33,596 bases of DNA from Thraustochytrium aureum (taxonomy: Eukaryota), in assembly GCA_012862495.1 (NCBI GenBank), contig BLSG01000427.1, positions 195,628 through 229,223 of the forward strand. The letters are read 5' to 3'. Shown here in pieces: positions 9,137 to 19,859 of the stretch. The position numbers were made by a program, and so were the translations under genes. The notes below the pieces were generated by a model. The model was not told where the DNA came from. It saw nothing but the letters and a program-made list of their open reading frames with translations, and did no database searches. Position 1 is the stretch's first letter, and every line of letters starts with the position of its first letter.

Positions 9137-11622
9137 GGCGGCGACGTTTGCTGTGGATTCCGCGGTTGGTTCTGCCCAGGAGCTGGGGCGGGAGCCATGG
9201 CTTGCGGGGATGAGGTCTGCCCCCCTGGGCGGCCCTGGCGCGAAGCGAGGCTCGCATTGCTGTTGCCGCCGTCAAAGTCGACAACCATTGTGTTGCTCTC
9301 GGCTTTGTAGTTGCCTTCATACACCTGCTTGGTCTTGGCGGCGAGGCCGGGGCTCGAGCCAGCGCCGCCAACAGGCGGCGAGCCCGCGTCTTTGTCCCCG
9401 TCGACGTCCTTGGGGTCCTTGATAGGGCTCGGGGGGAGCTGCGCGGTGCCGTCCAAACCTGCGCTCGTCGTGCGGTTCAGCGCATTCTTTCCAGCGCGCG
9501 CGGCAATATCATCGTGGTTGTCAATAGTCTTGCGGCGTTTCAGCTCGGGCATTCCGCCGGCCGTGTCCACGTTACCTCCGCGCTTGCCCGGGTTGCGGTT
9601 CGCAGTGCCAGGCCGGTCCAGAACAACGACATCGTCGGTGGTCAGGTCTATGCTCGATCCGGCCTGCGGTTTCGCCTGCACCCCGCTTGAAGGGAGCGTC
9701 CCGCTCGGCTGGCGCGCCACTGCGCGCGCGGTCGAACTGTTGTACGAGTTGCCGTATTGCGCGTTGCTTCCGTTGCCGTAATATTCAGGTCCAGGCGCAG
9801 TAGCGGAAGGCGGGGGTTGATGTTGCTGGTGATGCTCAGGTGCCGGGGCGTACTGCGGAGGCCGCTTGCTAGTACTGCTGTTGCTCCCCCCACTTGGGTA
9901 CCGTTGCGGCGGCGGTTGCTGCTGCGGCGCGCTCGAGGTCTGGAGTCTAGCGCCATTCTGGGGGTTTGGCTGTGGCGGTGCCGCACTGCGACCGCCGTAT
10001 CCGCTGTCGCCGCCACCGTAACGAGAATTGTCGTACTCGCCGCTCGGCGGCGGTGCGTCGTAGCCCTCCGGCGCGACTTGCGACGAGTAGGCGGAAGGTT
10101 TTGAGGCGTAGGGCGTGCTGCTGGAGCCTTGCGTACCGTGGCCGTGCGTCGAGTCGTACCCGTGGGACGACACGTTGTACCGGCGGAGGGGGAGGGGCGC
10201 ATAAGTGTCAGCGCCGTACGTGGACGGCAGTTGCTGGGTTGGCGCATAAGGGTCGTCTGCGACGCGGCTGTACGCGTCTGAGCCGCCCCCAGTCGGCGCG
10301 TACGCGGTCGGCTCGGTTTCCGCCGCGATTTCTTGCTTGTAGTCTTGCTTGTAGTACTGTGTGGGGCTCGACAGCTCGCGGCGCATGGCCAGTGCTCGCC
10401 GGCCGCCGCGGGTTGCTTGAACCCGAAGGATGTTGGTACCCCGACCCAGAGTTGTAGTACGTCGAAGCTACAGTGGTAGACGCGTCCGTCCCGTTCGCAT
10501 ACCCACCCCGGTGCGGCTGATTCGAATAGCCCGTCCCCGACGACGAGGATGCCTCGCGCTTAATCGGGTTGCCATAGTAGGTGGGCTCGCCGTAGTCCTG
10601 AGCAGAGGCTCCGTTGCTGTAATAGGGAGGTGGTGCATTGGGCGCCGGAGCAGATTCGAACGCGCGCGCGTCCTTGTCCTCGTAGGATCGGCGTGCCGCG
10701 TCATACTGCGCCTGGTTGGCCGCGGCGCGAACCGCCGAGGTGCTGGCATATCGAGACGACACTGGCCCAGGTCCGTTTGCGTACGGCATTGGCTCGACCT
10801 TGGTCTGCCCGGGACCGTTTGCATAGGTCATCGGCTCGACCTTGGCGTGCCCAGAACCGCTCGAATATGAGATCGGCTCTGTTTTGACTGGTCCAGGACC
10901 ACTCGCATACGCCAATGGCTCGGCCTTGGCCGGCCCGGGGCCGTTCGCATAGGGCATAGACTCGGACTTGACTTGGCCCGTCGCTGGAGCAGTTGGAGTT
11001 GCAGAAGCCCCCGCCGCATCCTCGGGCTTGCGTCGTTGCGGGTTGCCGCCTTTGCTGCGGCTGTAAGCCATCAGCCTAAAGTAAATGATGCAGTGCCTGC
11101 ACGTGCGGGAGCACGCTTGCTTGCCCAGACCTTTTTGCTGGAGCATGCGTTGGTGCGTCACGCTCGGCTTGACCGACTTGCAGTGTTGAGCATTGCAGTC
11201 CTCTACGGTGCAGTTGCAGGCGTGGTTCCAGGCCTTGATATATGCCGGGTAGTCTGCCGAACTCCGCCCTTCCGCCTTCGACTCTGACGCCTGGCTCCCG
11301 AGCGAATTGGGCGCCGTCGAGTTCGGGCCGCCCGCGTGCGGGGCACCGCCGCTTCCCAGCGGGTAAGCAGGTCGTGCATAGCCCGTCGGATTCCCTGATT
11401 CCCTGTATCCAGCCTGCGACTCGGTTCTGCCTGCGCCATTTGGTCCGTTTCCTGCGTACACCGGTTTGGATTGATATGGGGCGCTCGCGCCACGGATGGG
11501 CGATACAGGCGGGCCACCCGACCCGCCAGAGACATGGTTCGGGTGCTGATACCCCTTGCCAGGCGCGTGGCCGCCCCCCGTTGCTGCGGCGGAGGGCGGT
11601 CGTACGAGTAGCCGCCTCCAGC

Positions 11623-11653
<31 letters not shown>

Positions 11654-14339
11654 GAAGAAGAAGGGTAACTTGTGGGCGCAGGGCTGGGCGTCGCGCTGGC
11701 GGTGCTGTTGGCCTGGTTGCGGCTGAGGGTCAAGTTCTTGAGCTTGGTTAGCGCGAACTTGATATGCTCCTCCCCGCACACCTCCTGCAGGCTGGTGATG
11801 AACGCTCGGGACAGCTCGCGAGACTNNNNNNNNNNNNNNNNNNNNNNNNNNNNNNNNNNNNNNNNNNNNNNNNNNNNNNNNNNNNNNNNNNNNNNNNNNN
11901 NNNNNNNNNNNNNNNNNNNNNNNNNNNNNNNNNNNNNNNNNNNNNNNNNNNNNNNNNNNNNNNNNNNNNNNNNNNNNNNNNNNNNNNNNNNNNNNNNCTG
12001 GTGATGAACGCTCGGGACAGCTCGCGAGACTTTTGGGCAAACGCGTCGCTTGGAATATCCAAGGTCACGCGGGCCTCGCTCAGCCTCTGCTGGCGACGAA
12101 AGTGTTCGTCGACAATCTCGTCTATGCGCTGGTGCACGTGCGGCGAGGTAACCTCCTTGATCGTCCGGTGGAGAATGCGGATGTTCTGCTCGCTCGATTT
12201 TGCTGACGCAGACGTGCGTGGCGGCGGCGCGCTCGGAGGGTCCTGCCGAGGTGCAGGCGCATAGTCTGTTTCAGTGGAGCGCGATGGCGGCTGGTGGTAC
12301 TTTGCCGAGGCATGGCCCCCTGGTCCCGGCGCTGCGTAGCGAGACGGGTCCGAAGGCGCATATTGCCCGGCGGGACCCGCTGCCGAGTAGTATGTCGAGG
12401 ACGGATCGTCTGCGCCCGGCGCCCCTGGGTACCGCACAGGAGGTGCCGCACTCTGCGCCGTGGGGGCGCTTGGGCGTGCCTCTGGCCCGCCGCTGGGGCC
12501 ACGCGACCCGTACTGCTGACGGTGCCCCGAACCACCCCCATGGTTGCTGTAAGGCGGATAGCTAGTTGGGGGTGCAGCGGGAGGTGCGCTGGCACCGCCG
12601 CTCCGAGGACCCAGCGACGATGAGCCAGGCCCGGGCGCCTGGGGCGCCCCGCCACCACGATGTGGGCCACTCATGCCCTGCTGCGAGGGCTGTCGATGCA
12701 ACTGCGGGTGCGAAGCGGCACCAGGCTTTGAGGCAACCTGAGGCCCTCCCGGCCGCAGCGGCGTCCCGAGGCTCGGATCCGGATGGGCTTGCCCGTAATT
12801 CTGAGGCGGCGGTAAGCTTGCTGGCGGCCCTGCCGCCTGGTGCGGTTGCCGCTGCGGCATCGCAGCGCCTGAAGCGTCATAGTACTGCGGTGCACCCGCG
12901 CTGCCTCCTCCGCCGTAGAACGGCATTGGAGCGCCTAGGTCGTTGCTTGAGTTGTAGTAGCCTTGGTAGTCGGGGGGGCGATTGTAAGCGACGGGCGGCG
13001 GCCCGTACTGGTTTGCCTGGCCTGAAAACGGCCCTGGCTGGCCAGGAGGCATACCCTGCGGCGGCGGCAGCGGCTGGTTTATGGGCATCTGGTTTTGCAT
13101 CTGCATTTGCACGTGTTGCTGGTGAGCGTACGGTGGCAAGTGCTGCTGCTGCTGCTGCGCCGCAGGATGTGTGAGCGGCCCAGGCTTGGCATTCCCAGAC
13201 TTGCCCCCAGCAGCAGGCCTATTTCCCGCAGCTGGCTTGCCTCTCGGCTGCGCCGCCGGCTTTGCTTTGGTCCCCGCTGCGCTTGACGACTTGCGCGTCA
13301 TCTTCGGCTTGGCGCTCGACGTGCGCTGCAAAGCGGCTGGGCCGCCCGGTCCTGGTTGCACTGGCATCTGCCCATGTTGCTGTTGTTGTTGCAAATGCTG
13401 CTGCTGCTGCGCTTTCCCTGCCGCCTTCCCTTTGGGCTTGGAGTTTGCCCCCCCCGAAGAGCTGGTGGACGCTTGCGGTTGGTTTCGCTGAGCCGCTGGA
13501 TTCGTTGGTGGTTGCTGCTGCGGCAGCGAGTTTGGCGAGTTGCCCGGCACATCAAAGTTGAAGTCGATGGAGGACAACGAGGTCACTGAAGCGGAGGATG
13601 AGAAGGTTTGCAAGGCCGAGCCGCCCTTGGCTCGGCTTGGTGGCTTGGCACTCGACGCGCCGCTCCCCTGGCTCAAACGACTTCGCTGGCTGCTCGTTCG
13701 CTTCACAGGGCGCGGTTTGGGATCCGCGCCGCTGGAAGACTTGCGCCTCACAGGCGCCTTCTTTGTAACACTGGGCTTGGCCGGCTCGGCCTTCGACTCT
13801 TCAGGGATATCAAAGAGCTCCTCATCCAAGCCTAGGTCGCCGGGTATTTCGTCCAAGAACCCGTCGAGATCAGCGTCGTCAAAACCCATGCTCTCTGACG
13901 AGGGGGCATGAGACAGCTTCTTGTCCGCGCCGCCGGCAGCGGCGCCAGCTCCGTTTGATGATGAAGAGGAGGAGGAGGCGTTGGCCGCGAGCCAACCCTC
14001 GACCGCGGCACGATGACGCCAAGTGCTTGTGTTTGGTGTGCGGCGCTTGACCCAGTTGGAAAAGGAGGACTTTGGCACGCCGATTTCGTCTGCGAGCGTG
14101 GCCAGGGACGTGTCGCGTTCCTTGGCGCAAAGGAGGGTTGCCCGGAGGACGGGGTCGGTCTCTGTCGCAAGCTGTTCGTCGAGCGCCGCTGACGAGTCGG
14201 AGCTCTTCATCCTCCGCGGCGCGCTCGGGGCGCGTGGCGCGCTGCTCGGCGCGGACAGCCCCGCCATGTCATTGAACATGTCGCCGCCATCCTGGAAGAT
14301 GTCGCCGTCGCCAAACAAGTCGTCGTTGTCTTCGAACAT
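8884..14339 (-). CDS. Large (~1750 aa) mostly disordered Q/P/G-rich protein: N-terminal HTH, RST-like helical domain, TAZ-like Zn finger, 14-aa repeats, C-terminal RING finger
   Basis: Joined from ORFs 11748-14339, 11203-11781, 10208-12040 and 8884-10386 by collapsing the false gap and correcting frameshifts near 11575 and 10390-10415. The C-terminal RING CVICQDADRQLLFSPCQHICSCVKCGREVDKCPICRSNI (zf-C3HC4_3/IAP type) is unambiguous. The single-gene model is an inference. Confidence 0.7.
10763..10972 (-). repeat. Coding tandem repeat, 5 x 42 nt (14 aa, consensus xKxEPxxYANGPGx)
   Basis: VKSESMPYANGPGP / AKAEPLAYASGPGP / VKTEPISYSSGSGH / AKVEPMTYANGPGQ / TKVEPMPYANGPGP. Confidence 0.9.
11792..12031. 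other. False assembly gap: identical 34-nt sequence on both sides of the N run
   Basis: ctggtgatgaacgctcgggacagctcgcgagact occurs at 11792-11825 and 11998-12031. Merging the copies gives the continuous reading SRAFITSLQEVCGEEHIKF. Confidence 0.9.
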
Positions 14340-16040
14340 CGCTCGGGCCTTCCGGCCGCGCCGGCGTCACTGGCGGCCCGCCGCCGCCAGCNNNNNNNNN
14401 NNNNNNNNNNNNNNNNNNNNNNNNNNNNNNNNNNNNNNNNNNNNNNNNNNNNNNNNNNNNNNNNNNNNNNNNNNNNNNNNNNNNNNNNNNNNNNNNNNNN
14501 NNNNNNNNNNNNNNNNNNNNNNNNNNNNNNNNNNNNNNNNNNNNNNNNNNNNNNNNNNNNNNNNNNNNNNNNNNNNNNNNNNNNNNNNNNNNNNNNNNNN
14601 NNNNNNNNNNNNNNNNNNNNNNNNNNNNNNNNNNNNNNNNNNNNNNNNNNNNNNNNNNNNNNNNNNNNNNNNNNNNNNNNNNNNNNNNNNNNNNNNNNNN
14701 NNNNNNNNNNNNNNNNNNNNNNNNNNNNNNNNNNNNNNNNNNNNNNNNNNNNNNNNNNNNNNNNNNNNNNNNNNNNNNNNNNNNNNNNNNNNNNNNNNNN
14801 NNNNNNNNNNNNNNNNNNNNNNNNNNNNNNNNNNNNNNNNNNNNNNNNNNNNNNNNNNNNNNNNNNNNNNNNNNNNNNNNNNNNNNNNNNNNNNNNNNNN
14901 NNNNNNNNNNNNNNNNNNNNNNNNNNNNNNNNNNNNNNNNNNNNNNNNNNNNNNNNNNNNNNNNNNNNNNNNNNNNNNNNNNNNNNNNNNNNNNNNNNNN
15001 NNNNNNNNNNACCCTTTTGCTCGGTACTGACTGAGTACTTACGGAAACTTTCTTCCGGCTTGCTCTGCGACTCGCGGGAGAGAGAACTTGGCTCGGGAGA
15101 ACCTCGGGAGCCCAAGCACGTGGCACGCCTTGTTTGCCCGATGACTCACAGAGAACTGGCAGCGCGCGGCGAGTGACCGGGTTCGTCACCCGCACTGTCC
15201 CTCGCGGCGATTCTCGTCTTGTGTTGCTATGCACGGGCGTGAACCGGGCGGGACCCATTGCGGCTCTGGAGCAGGATCCTTCGTTTGTCCCCTACTCACT
15301 CCGTAGAGCGGTCGGCCGCTCTCGGAGCCCGCCCGGCGTACGTGAGAGTGTGCCAGTATGTAAGCGAGAGTGGCGGTACTTGGTGAGTACTCTACTCTGC
15401 TCGACTCCACTAGTGCGCCTGCCTGCCAGTGCCAGTGGGCAGAGTAGGTACTCACTCCCTCCAGACTCCCGCACAGGCAGGTGTGCAGGGGTTCTGGGAC
15501 CAAACACAGCGTTCTCGGTGCTTCAGAGTTGCGCGCCTGCGTCGTAAGTGTAAGCCCGACGACAGGGGTCAAGATTGGAGGGGAGCAGGCCTCGATGCGA
15601 GGTGCGCGGCCGCGTCGCGCCGGGCCGATTGTCCACCCCACGAACAGCCGCGCATCGCCAGCCAGATGCCGGTAGGTCATGATGAGGCCACAGCAGGTAG
15701 CAGACGACTCAGTACTCCTCTACACGGACAGCGCAGAGCTGATTGCGCAGCCTCACAAGTCAGCAAATCAAAGCTACCTCAACTCGACGCACTCTACTTA
15801 CTCTACGTTCTCTCGAGAGAACAGTCGTCTCGGCACCTAAAATGCAAACTGGCAGCGCAGTGCAAATAGGATTCGTGCAAATGGGTCAATGGGTCGCGCA
15901 ATTGGATTCTCAAAGTCAGCCACTGCGGAGACAACGCCGGCGACAACGCCGCGGCCCGCGAGAGAGGGCGCTCCCGCGCGCCCCGCCCTCAGTTGCTCTC
16001 ATCAGCCCGAGTGGGCCGAGGTGCTCAGGTCCTTTCGTGA

Positions 16041-17973
16041 TCAGACAATCTCGTGCGGGAAGACCTCGCCAGGCTTGGGCAAGCGAAACTCGTTCGGGTT
16101 GAACGACTCCTCGTGCTCCTTGAAGAGCTGGTTAAAGTGCTCCTGGTCCATGCTCTCGAGCAGCTTGTTGCACTTGGCGCCTGGATACGGCACCTTGTTC
16201 TCGCGGCAGGTGGCCTTCTTCTTCTCCTCGGTCTTCTTGACGATCCGCTTCTGCTCGTTCTCGAGCCGCTTGGCCGTGGCCTGCACCTTGCCAACCTTCC
16301 TGTTGGACTTGATCAGGTCCTTGTCGTTGAAGTCGATAAACTCGTGGCAAGGGTTGTAAACGATCTTGTGGCAGGTCTCGCTGAGCTCTGAAAAGATGAG
16401 CTCCCACTTTCCGTACTTGTCGCCCTTCACCATGCCTTCAAAGGCGACGGGGACCTCGTGCAGCTCCTGCACCAAGTCGTGCATATCGGCGACCATGGCG
16501 GACGGGTCGAACCGGCGCAACGCGTCAAGGTCAGGCGCGCCAGAGGTCTTCTCCAAGTAGACCCTGAACGTGCGGTCGATGACATAGTCCACGCTGAAGA
16601 GCTGAAAGGACCCGCGCCGGCGGCGGATCCCTGTCCGCGCCGCATGGAACACGAACAGGGCGACCTGCTTCATCGAACTCTTGAGGAACGTGTCCACGTA
16701 GTGCGAACCAGTGATCTTCTCCTTGGCCAAGTGCTCCTGGAACGCCTCGAGGTCGATGTCCGCCGACCCCTCGTCAAACATGTGCGGCGAGCTCAGCGTC
16801 GACCCATCCGCCTGCCGCACGTATCCCTGCTGGAAGAACACCATCATCGGCATCGTGCTGCCGATCAAGATGTACCCGCGCACATCGAACAGCTTGCTCT
16901 GCAGCTTGAACGGCGTGCCAAGCACGAGCGAGGCGAGCTTGTGCGAGCTCCGCGCCGAGGTGTGTATGGCGTTCTCACTGCAAAACGACCCCGAGTCCAG
17001 CGCCGCTGTCGGCTTGACGGCGAGCGAAGCCTCGCGGCCTTCCTCGTCGAACGCGGCGAGCAGCCACGAGTCGGTCAGGTGCTTGCTGAACTGCCGCTCC
17101 ATTTTTGAGCACTCGCCCTTCACATCAAAGCGGAACTGGGGCGGCTGGACCTTGAGCGCGTTGTAGGCGCACCCAAACTGTTGCGTAAACTGCGCGCGGG
17201 CTTGGAACTGCTCCATGAGCGACCCGTCGAGCCCAGAGGCGCCGAGGAGCGCGTTCAGGTACGTGCTTCCTTCGTTCTCGGTCCACAGCTGCTCGAACAC
17301 AGCGGGCTTGCTCTCGGAGAGCTTGCTCAGCGTCGTGCTGTCCGTCAAAACAAACGTGCTCAGCACGCGGTCTTCCAACGGCCGCTTCGTCGCCTTGATC
17401 TTCCACCTGCGCGCCTCAAAGTCGTCCATGATGCGCTTCGAGCAGGCCTGCTTGTTGAATCGAAGGCAGGTGTAGATTCGCCGCTTCCACTGGTTTTTCT
17501 TGTTCACGATGAAAAACGGCGTGGTCACCTGTGGCGCGATGCGCTTTACGCTGCACTCGCGCGGTGGCCGCTTCACCACCAAGGGGCCCTGGAGCTTGTG
17601 CCACCCCAAGCTGGCGCCGAACTTGGACTCTATCACGTCCACGTCGGAAAGCTTGAGCTCGTCATCGCCGCCGTCGTCGTCGTCGTCGTCGTCGCCCTCG
17701 CCGCCCGCTTTCGGCTTTTGGCGCTTGCGCTTCTTTTTGCCCTCCTCAGCTGGAGGTTTGGCACTCGCCTCCTCGGAGGCTGCGCTGCCCGACGCACCGG
17801 CCTGAATGTGGATCTCTGTGGTCGCGCTGGACGAGCGTCCTACCAGCAGGTAAATCAGCGCGACAAGGGCGACCAGAGCGATTCCCAGGCGCTTGTACGA
17901 GCTTGCCGCGCCGCCGCGCATTGCCTTGGAGTGCTTGTCGTCATCGTCCCCGCTGTCAGACTCGGCCTTGCGG
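16041..17973 (-). CDS. Tubulin-tyrosine-ligase-like (ATP-grasp) domain protein with N-terminal signal anchor; true start probably in the gap (first visible ATG 17921)
   Basis: PFKLQSKLFDVRGYILIGSTMPMMVFFQQGYVR matches the TTL motif P.L....KFD.R.Y.L..S..P........G..R. GSFQLFSVDYVIDRTFRVYL matches FELFGxDF.lD....WL. Hydrophobic segment LGIALVALVALIYLLV follows basic KR. Confidence 0.75.
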
Positions 17974-18995
17974 NNNNNNNNNNNNNNNNNNNNNNNNNNN
18001 NNNNNNNNNNNNNNNNNNNNNNNNNNNNNNNNNNNNNNNNNNNNNNNNNNNNNNNNNNNNNNNNNNNNNNNNNNNNNNNNNNNNNNNNNNNNNNNNNNNN
18101 NNNNNNNNNNNNNNNNNNNNNNNNNNNNNNNNNNNNNNNNNNNNNNNNNNNNNNNNNNNNNNNNNNNNNNNNNNNNNNNNNNNNNNNNNNNNNNNNNNNN
18201 NNNNNNNNNNNNNNNNNNNNNNNNNNNNNNNNNNNNNNNNNNNNNNNNNNNNNNNNNNNNNNNNNNNNNNNNNNNNNNNNNNNNNNNNNNNNNNNNNNNN
18301 NNNNNNNNNNNNNNNNNNNNNNNNNNNNNNNNNNNNNNNNNNNTTGCACCTCCAGCTGGTGCGCAGCTTGCGCGCCAACAGGCCTCCTTCACGGGCTGGC
18401 GCGCTCGGCGCGCGCCGGTCCACCGCGACCCCGCTCCTCGACCTGGACCCGCGAGCGCGCGCGAGTCACGCGTCGCCCGCCCACGAACGCAGCAAGCGCC
18501 GACCCGCACAGGGCGCGACAGCCTGCACGCACCGTGCTCGCCTGCGCGCTCTGGGCCGCTCGTTCGGTGTCTGCCCCTCGCACTGTCCCGCGCACGACCG
18601 TCGCCTGCGCCGCCCGCAGATCGGCCAAATCCCAAATTCGATCACGTTCTGACCCGCGACCTAACCCGCCCCGGCGCGACCCTCTATTTAGAAACAACGC
18701 AGGTTAAAGCTAAGGAGGATATATAATTGCGGGCGGCCCGCTGTTCGGCGCATCAGCCACGCTGTCCTCTCGGGTGTTCCTAGTATAGAGGGGCGCAGGT
18801 CAGACCGTCCGATCTCAGTTCAGGTCCGCCCGTGCAAGACGCCGACGCTGGGAGAATCGCGGGCAGTCTCGCTCGCGTCACCACTCTCGAGCGCCCGAGA
18901 CGCAGTGCTTGCCGCGGACTTGTTGCGCTGCGGGTCTCGCAATCGCCGGGCAGGGCTGCGGGAGCTGGGCACGCGGTCGAAGGGCCTCGCCGAGC

Positions 18996-19859
18996 ATGGC
19001 GGACACCTCGCCGTTCAAGAGCGACGCCGCGCGAGGGCGCGTTGCGTTAATCACGGGCGGGGGCAGCGGCATCGGGTTTGGCATTGCCAAAGTGCTCGGC
19101 ATGCATGGGGCCAGCCTGGTCCTGATGGGAAGGCGGCTGCCGTTTTTGGCGGACGCGTGCGAGAAACTCGCCGCGCTCGGCGTCAAGGCTGTCCCGTTCG
19201 CAGGCGACGTGCGGAAAGAGGAAGACGCCGATGGCGCGGTACGAAAGGCGATCGAGACGTACGGGCGGCTCGACACGCTCGTCAACTCTGCGGCTGGAAA
19301 TTTCCTCGCGCTGGCCGAAGAAATGTCCATGAACGCTTTCCGCACCGTGCTTGAGATTGATACGTTTGGCGTATTCAACCTCTGCCGCGCTTCGTTCGCG
19401 GCGCTCAAGGCGTCTGGAGACGGCGTCATCATCAACATCAGCGCCACGCTGCACTATGGCGCGTCCTGGTTCCAAACGCATGCCACGGCGGCCAAGAGCG
19501 CGATCGACACGATCACGCGCCAGCTTGCGCTCGAGTGGGGCGCGCACAAGATCCGCGTCAACGGGATCGCCCCCGGTCCCATCGAAGGCACACCTGGTAT
19601 GGCCAAGCTCGCTGGAGCAGCCGACGCGGGCCAGCAAATCATCGAGCGCGTGCCGCTTGGCCGCGCCGGGACCACCGATGACATCGGACTCACCGCGCTT
19701 TTCCTCTGCTCCTCGGGCGGGAGCTACATCTCCGGCGACACTATCGTGGTGGACGGCGCAGCTTGGCTGTGGTCGCCGCCGCCTGTGCCGCGCGACCAGG
19801 TCTCGCGGCTCTCGCGCGGGGTGGAGACCAAGAGCCGATCGATGAAGGCCAAACTCTAG
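18996..19859 (+). CDS. DECR2: Peroxisomal 2,4-dienoyl-CoA reductase (SDR family)
   Basis: ALITGGGSGIG, LVNSAAGNFL, MSMNAFRTVLEIDTFG, IINISATLHY, HATAAKSAID, IRVNGIAPGPI, SGDTIVVDG, and a C-terminal PTS1 tripeptide AKL. Confidence 0.93.
   Translation: MADTSPFKSDAARGRVALITGGGSGIGFGIAKVLGMHGASLVLMGRRLPFLADACEKLAALGVKAVPFAGDVRKEEDADGAVRKAIETYGRLDTLVNSAAGNFLALAEEMSMNAFRTVLEIDTFGVFNLCRASFAALKASGDGVIINISATLHYGASWFQTHATAAKSAIDTITRQLALEWGAHKIRVNGIAPGPIEGTPGMAKLAGAADAGQQIIERVPLGRAGTTDDIGLTALFLCSSGGSYISGDTIVVDGAAWLWSPPPVPRDQVSRLSRGVETKSRSMKAKL

Noticed and set aside
11792..12031. 34-nt direct repeat flanking a gap, read as a target-site duplication or CRISPR-like repeat
   Set aside because: Both copies abut the N run and collapsing them restores a continuous protein, so this is a contig-overlap artefact.
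15679..15742. Possible C/D box snoRNA (ATGATGA...CTGA, 64 nt)
   Set aside because: No convincing terminal stem, no clear C'/D' boxes, and I could not recognise an rRNA-complementary guide. A snoscan or Infernal hit would be needed.
15134..15869. Short ORFs in the intergenic region, as possible transposon or small-protein genes
   Set aside because: No recognisable domains, codon usage unlike the neighbouring genes, and no terminal inverted repeats or LTR features seen.
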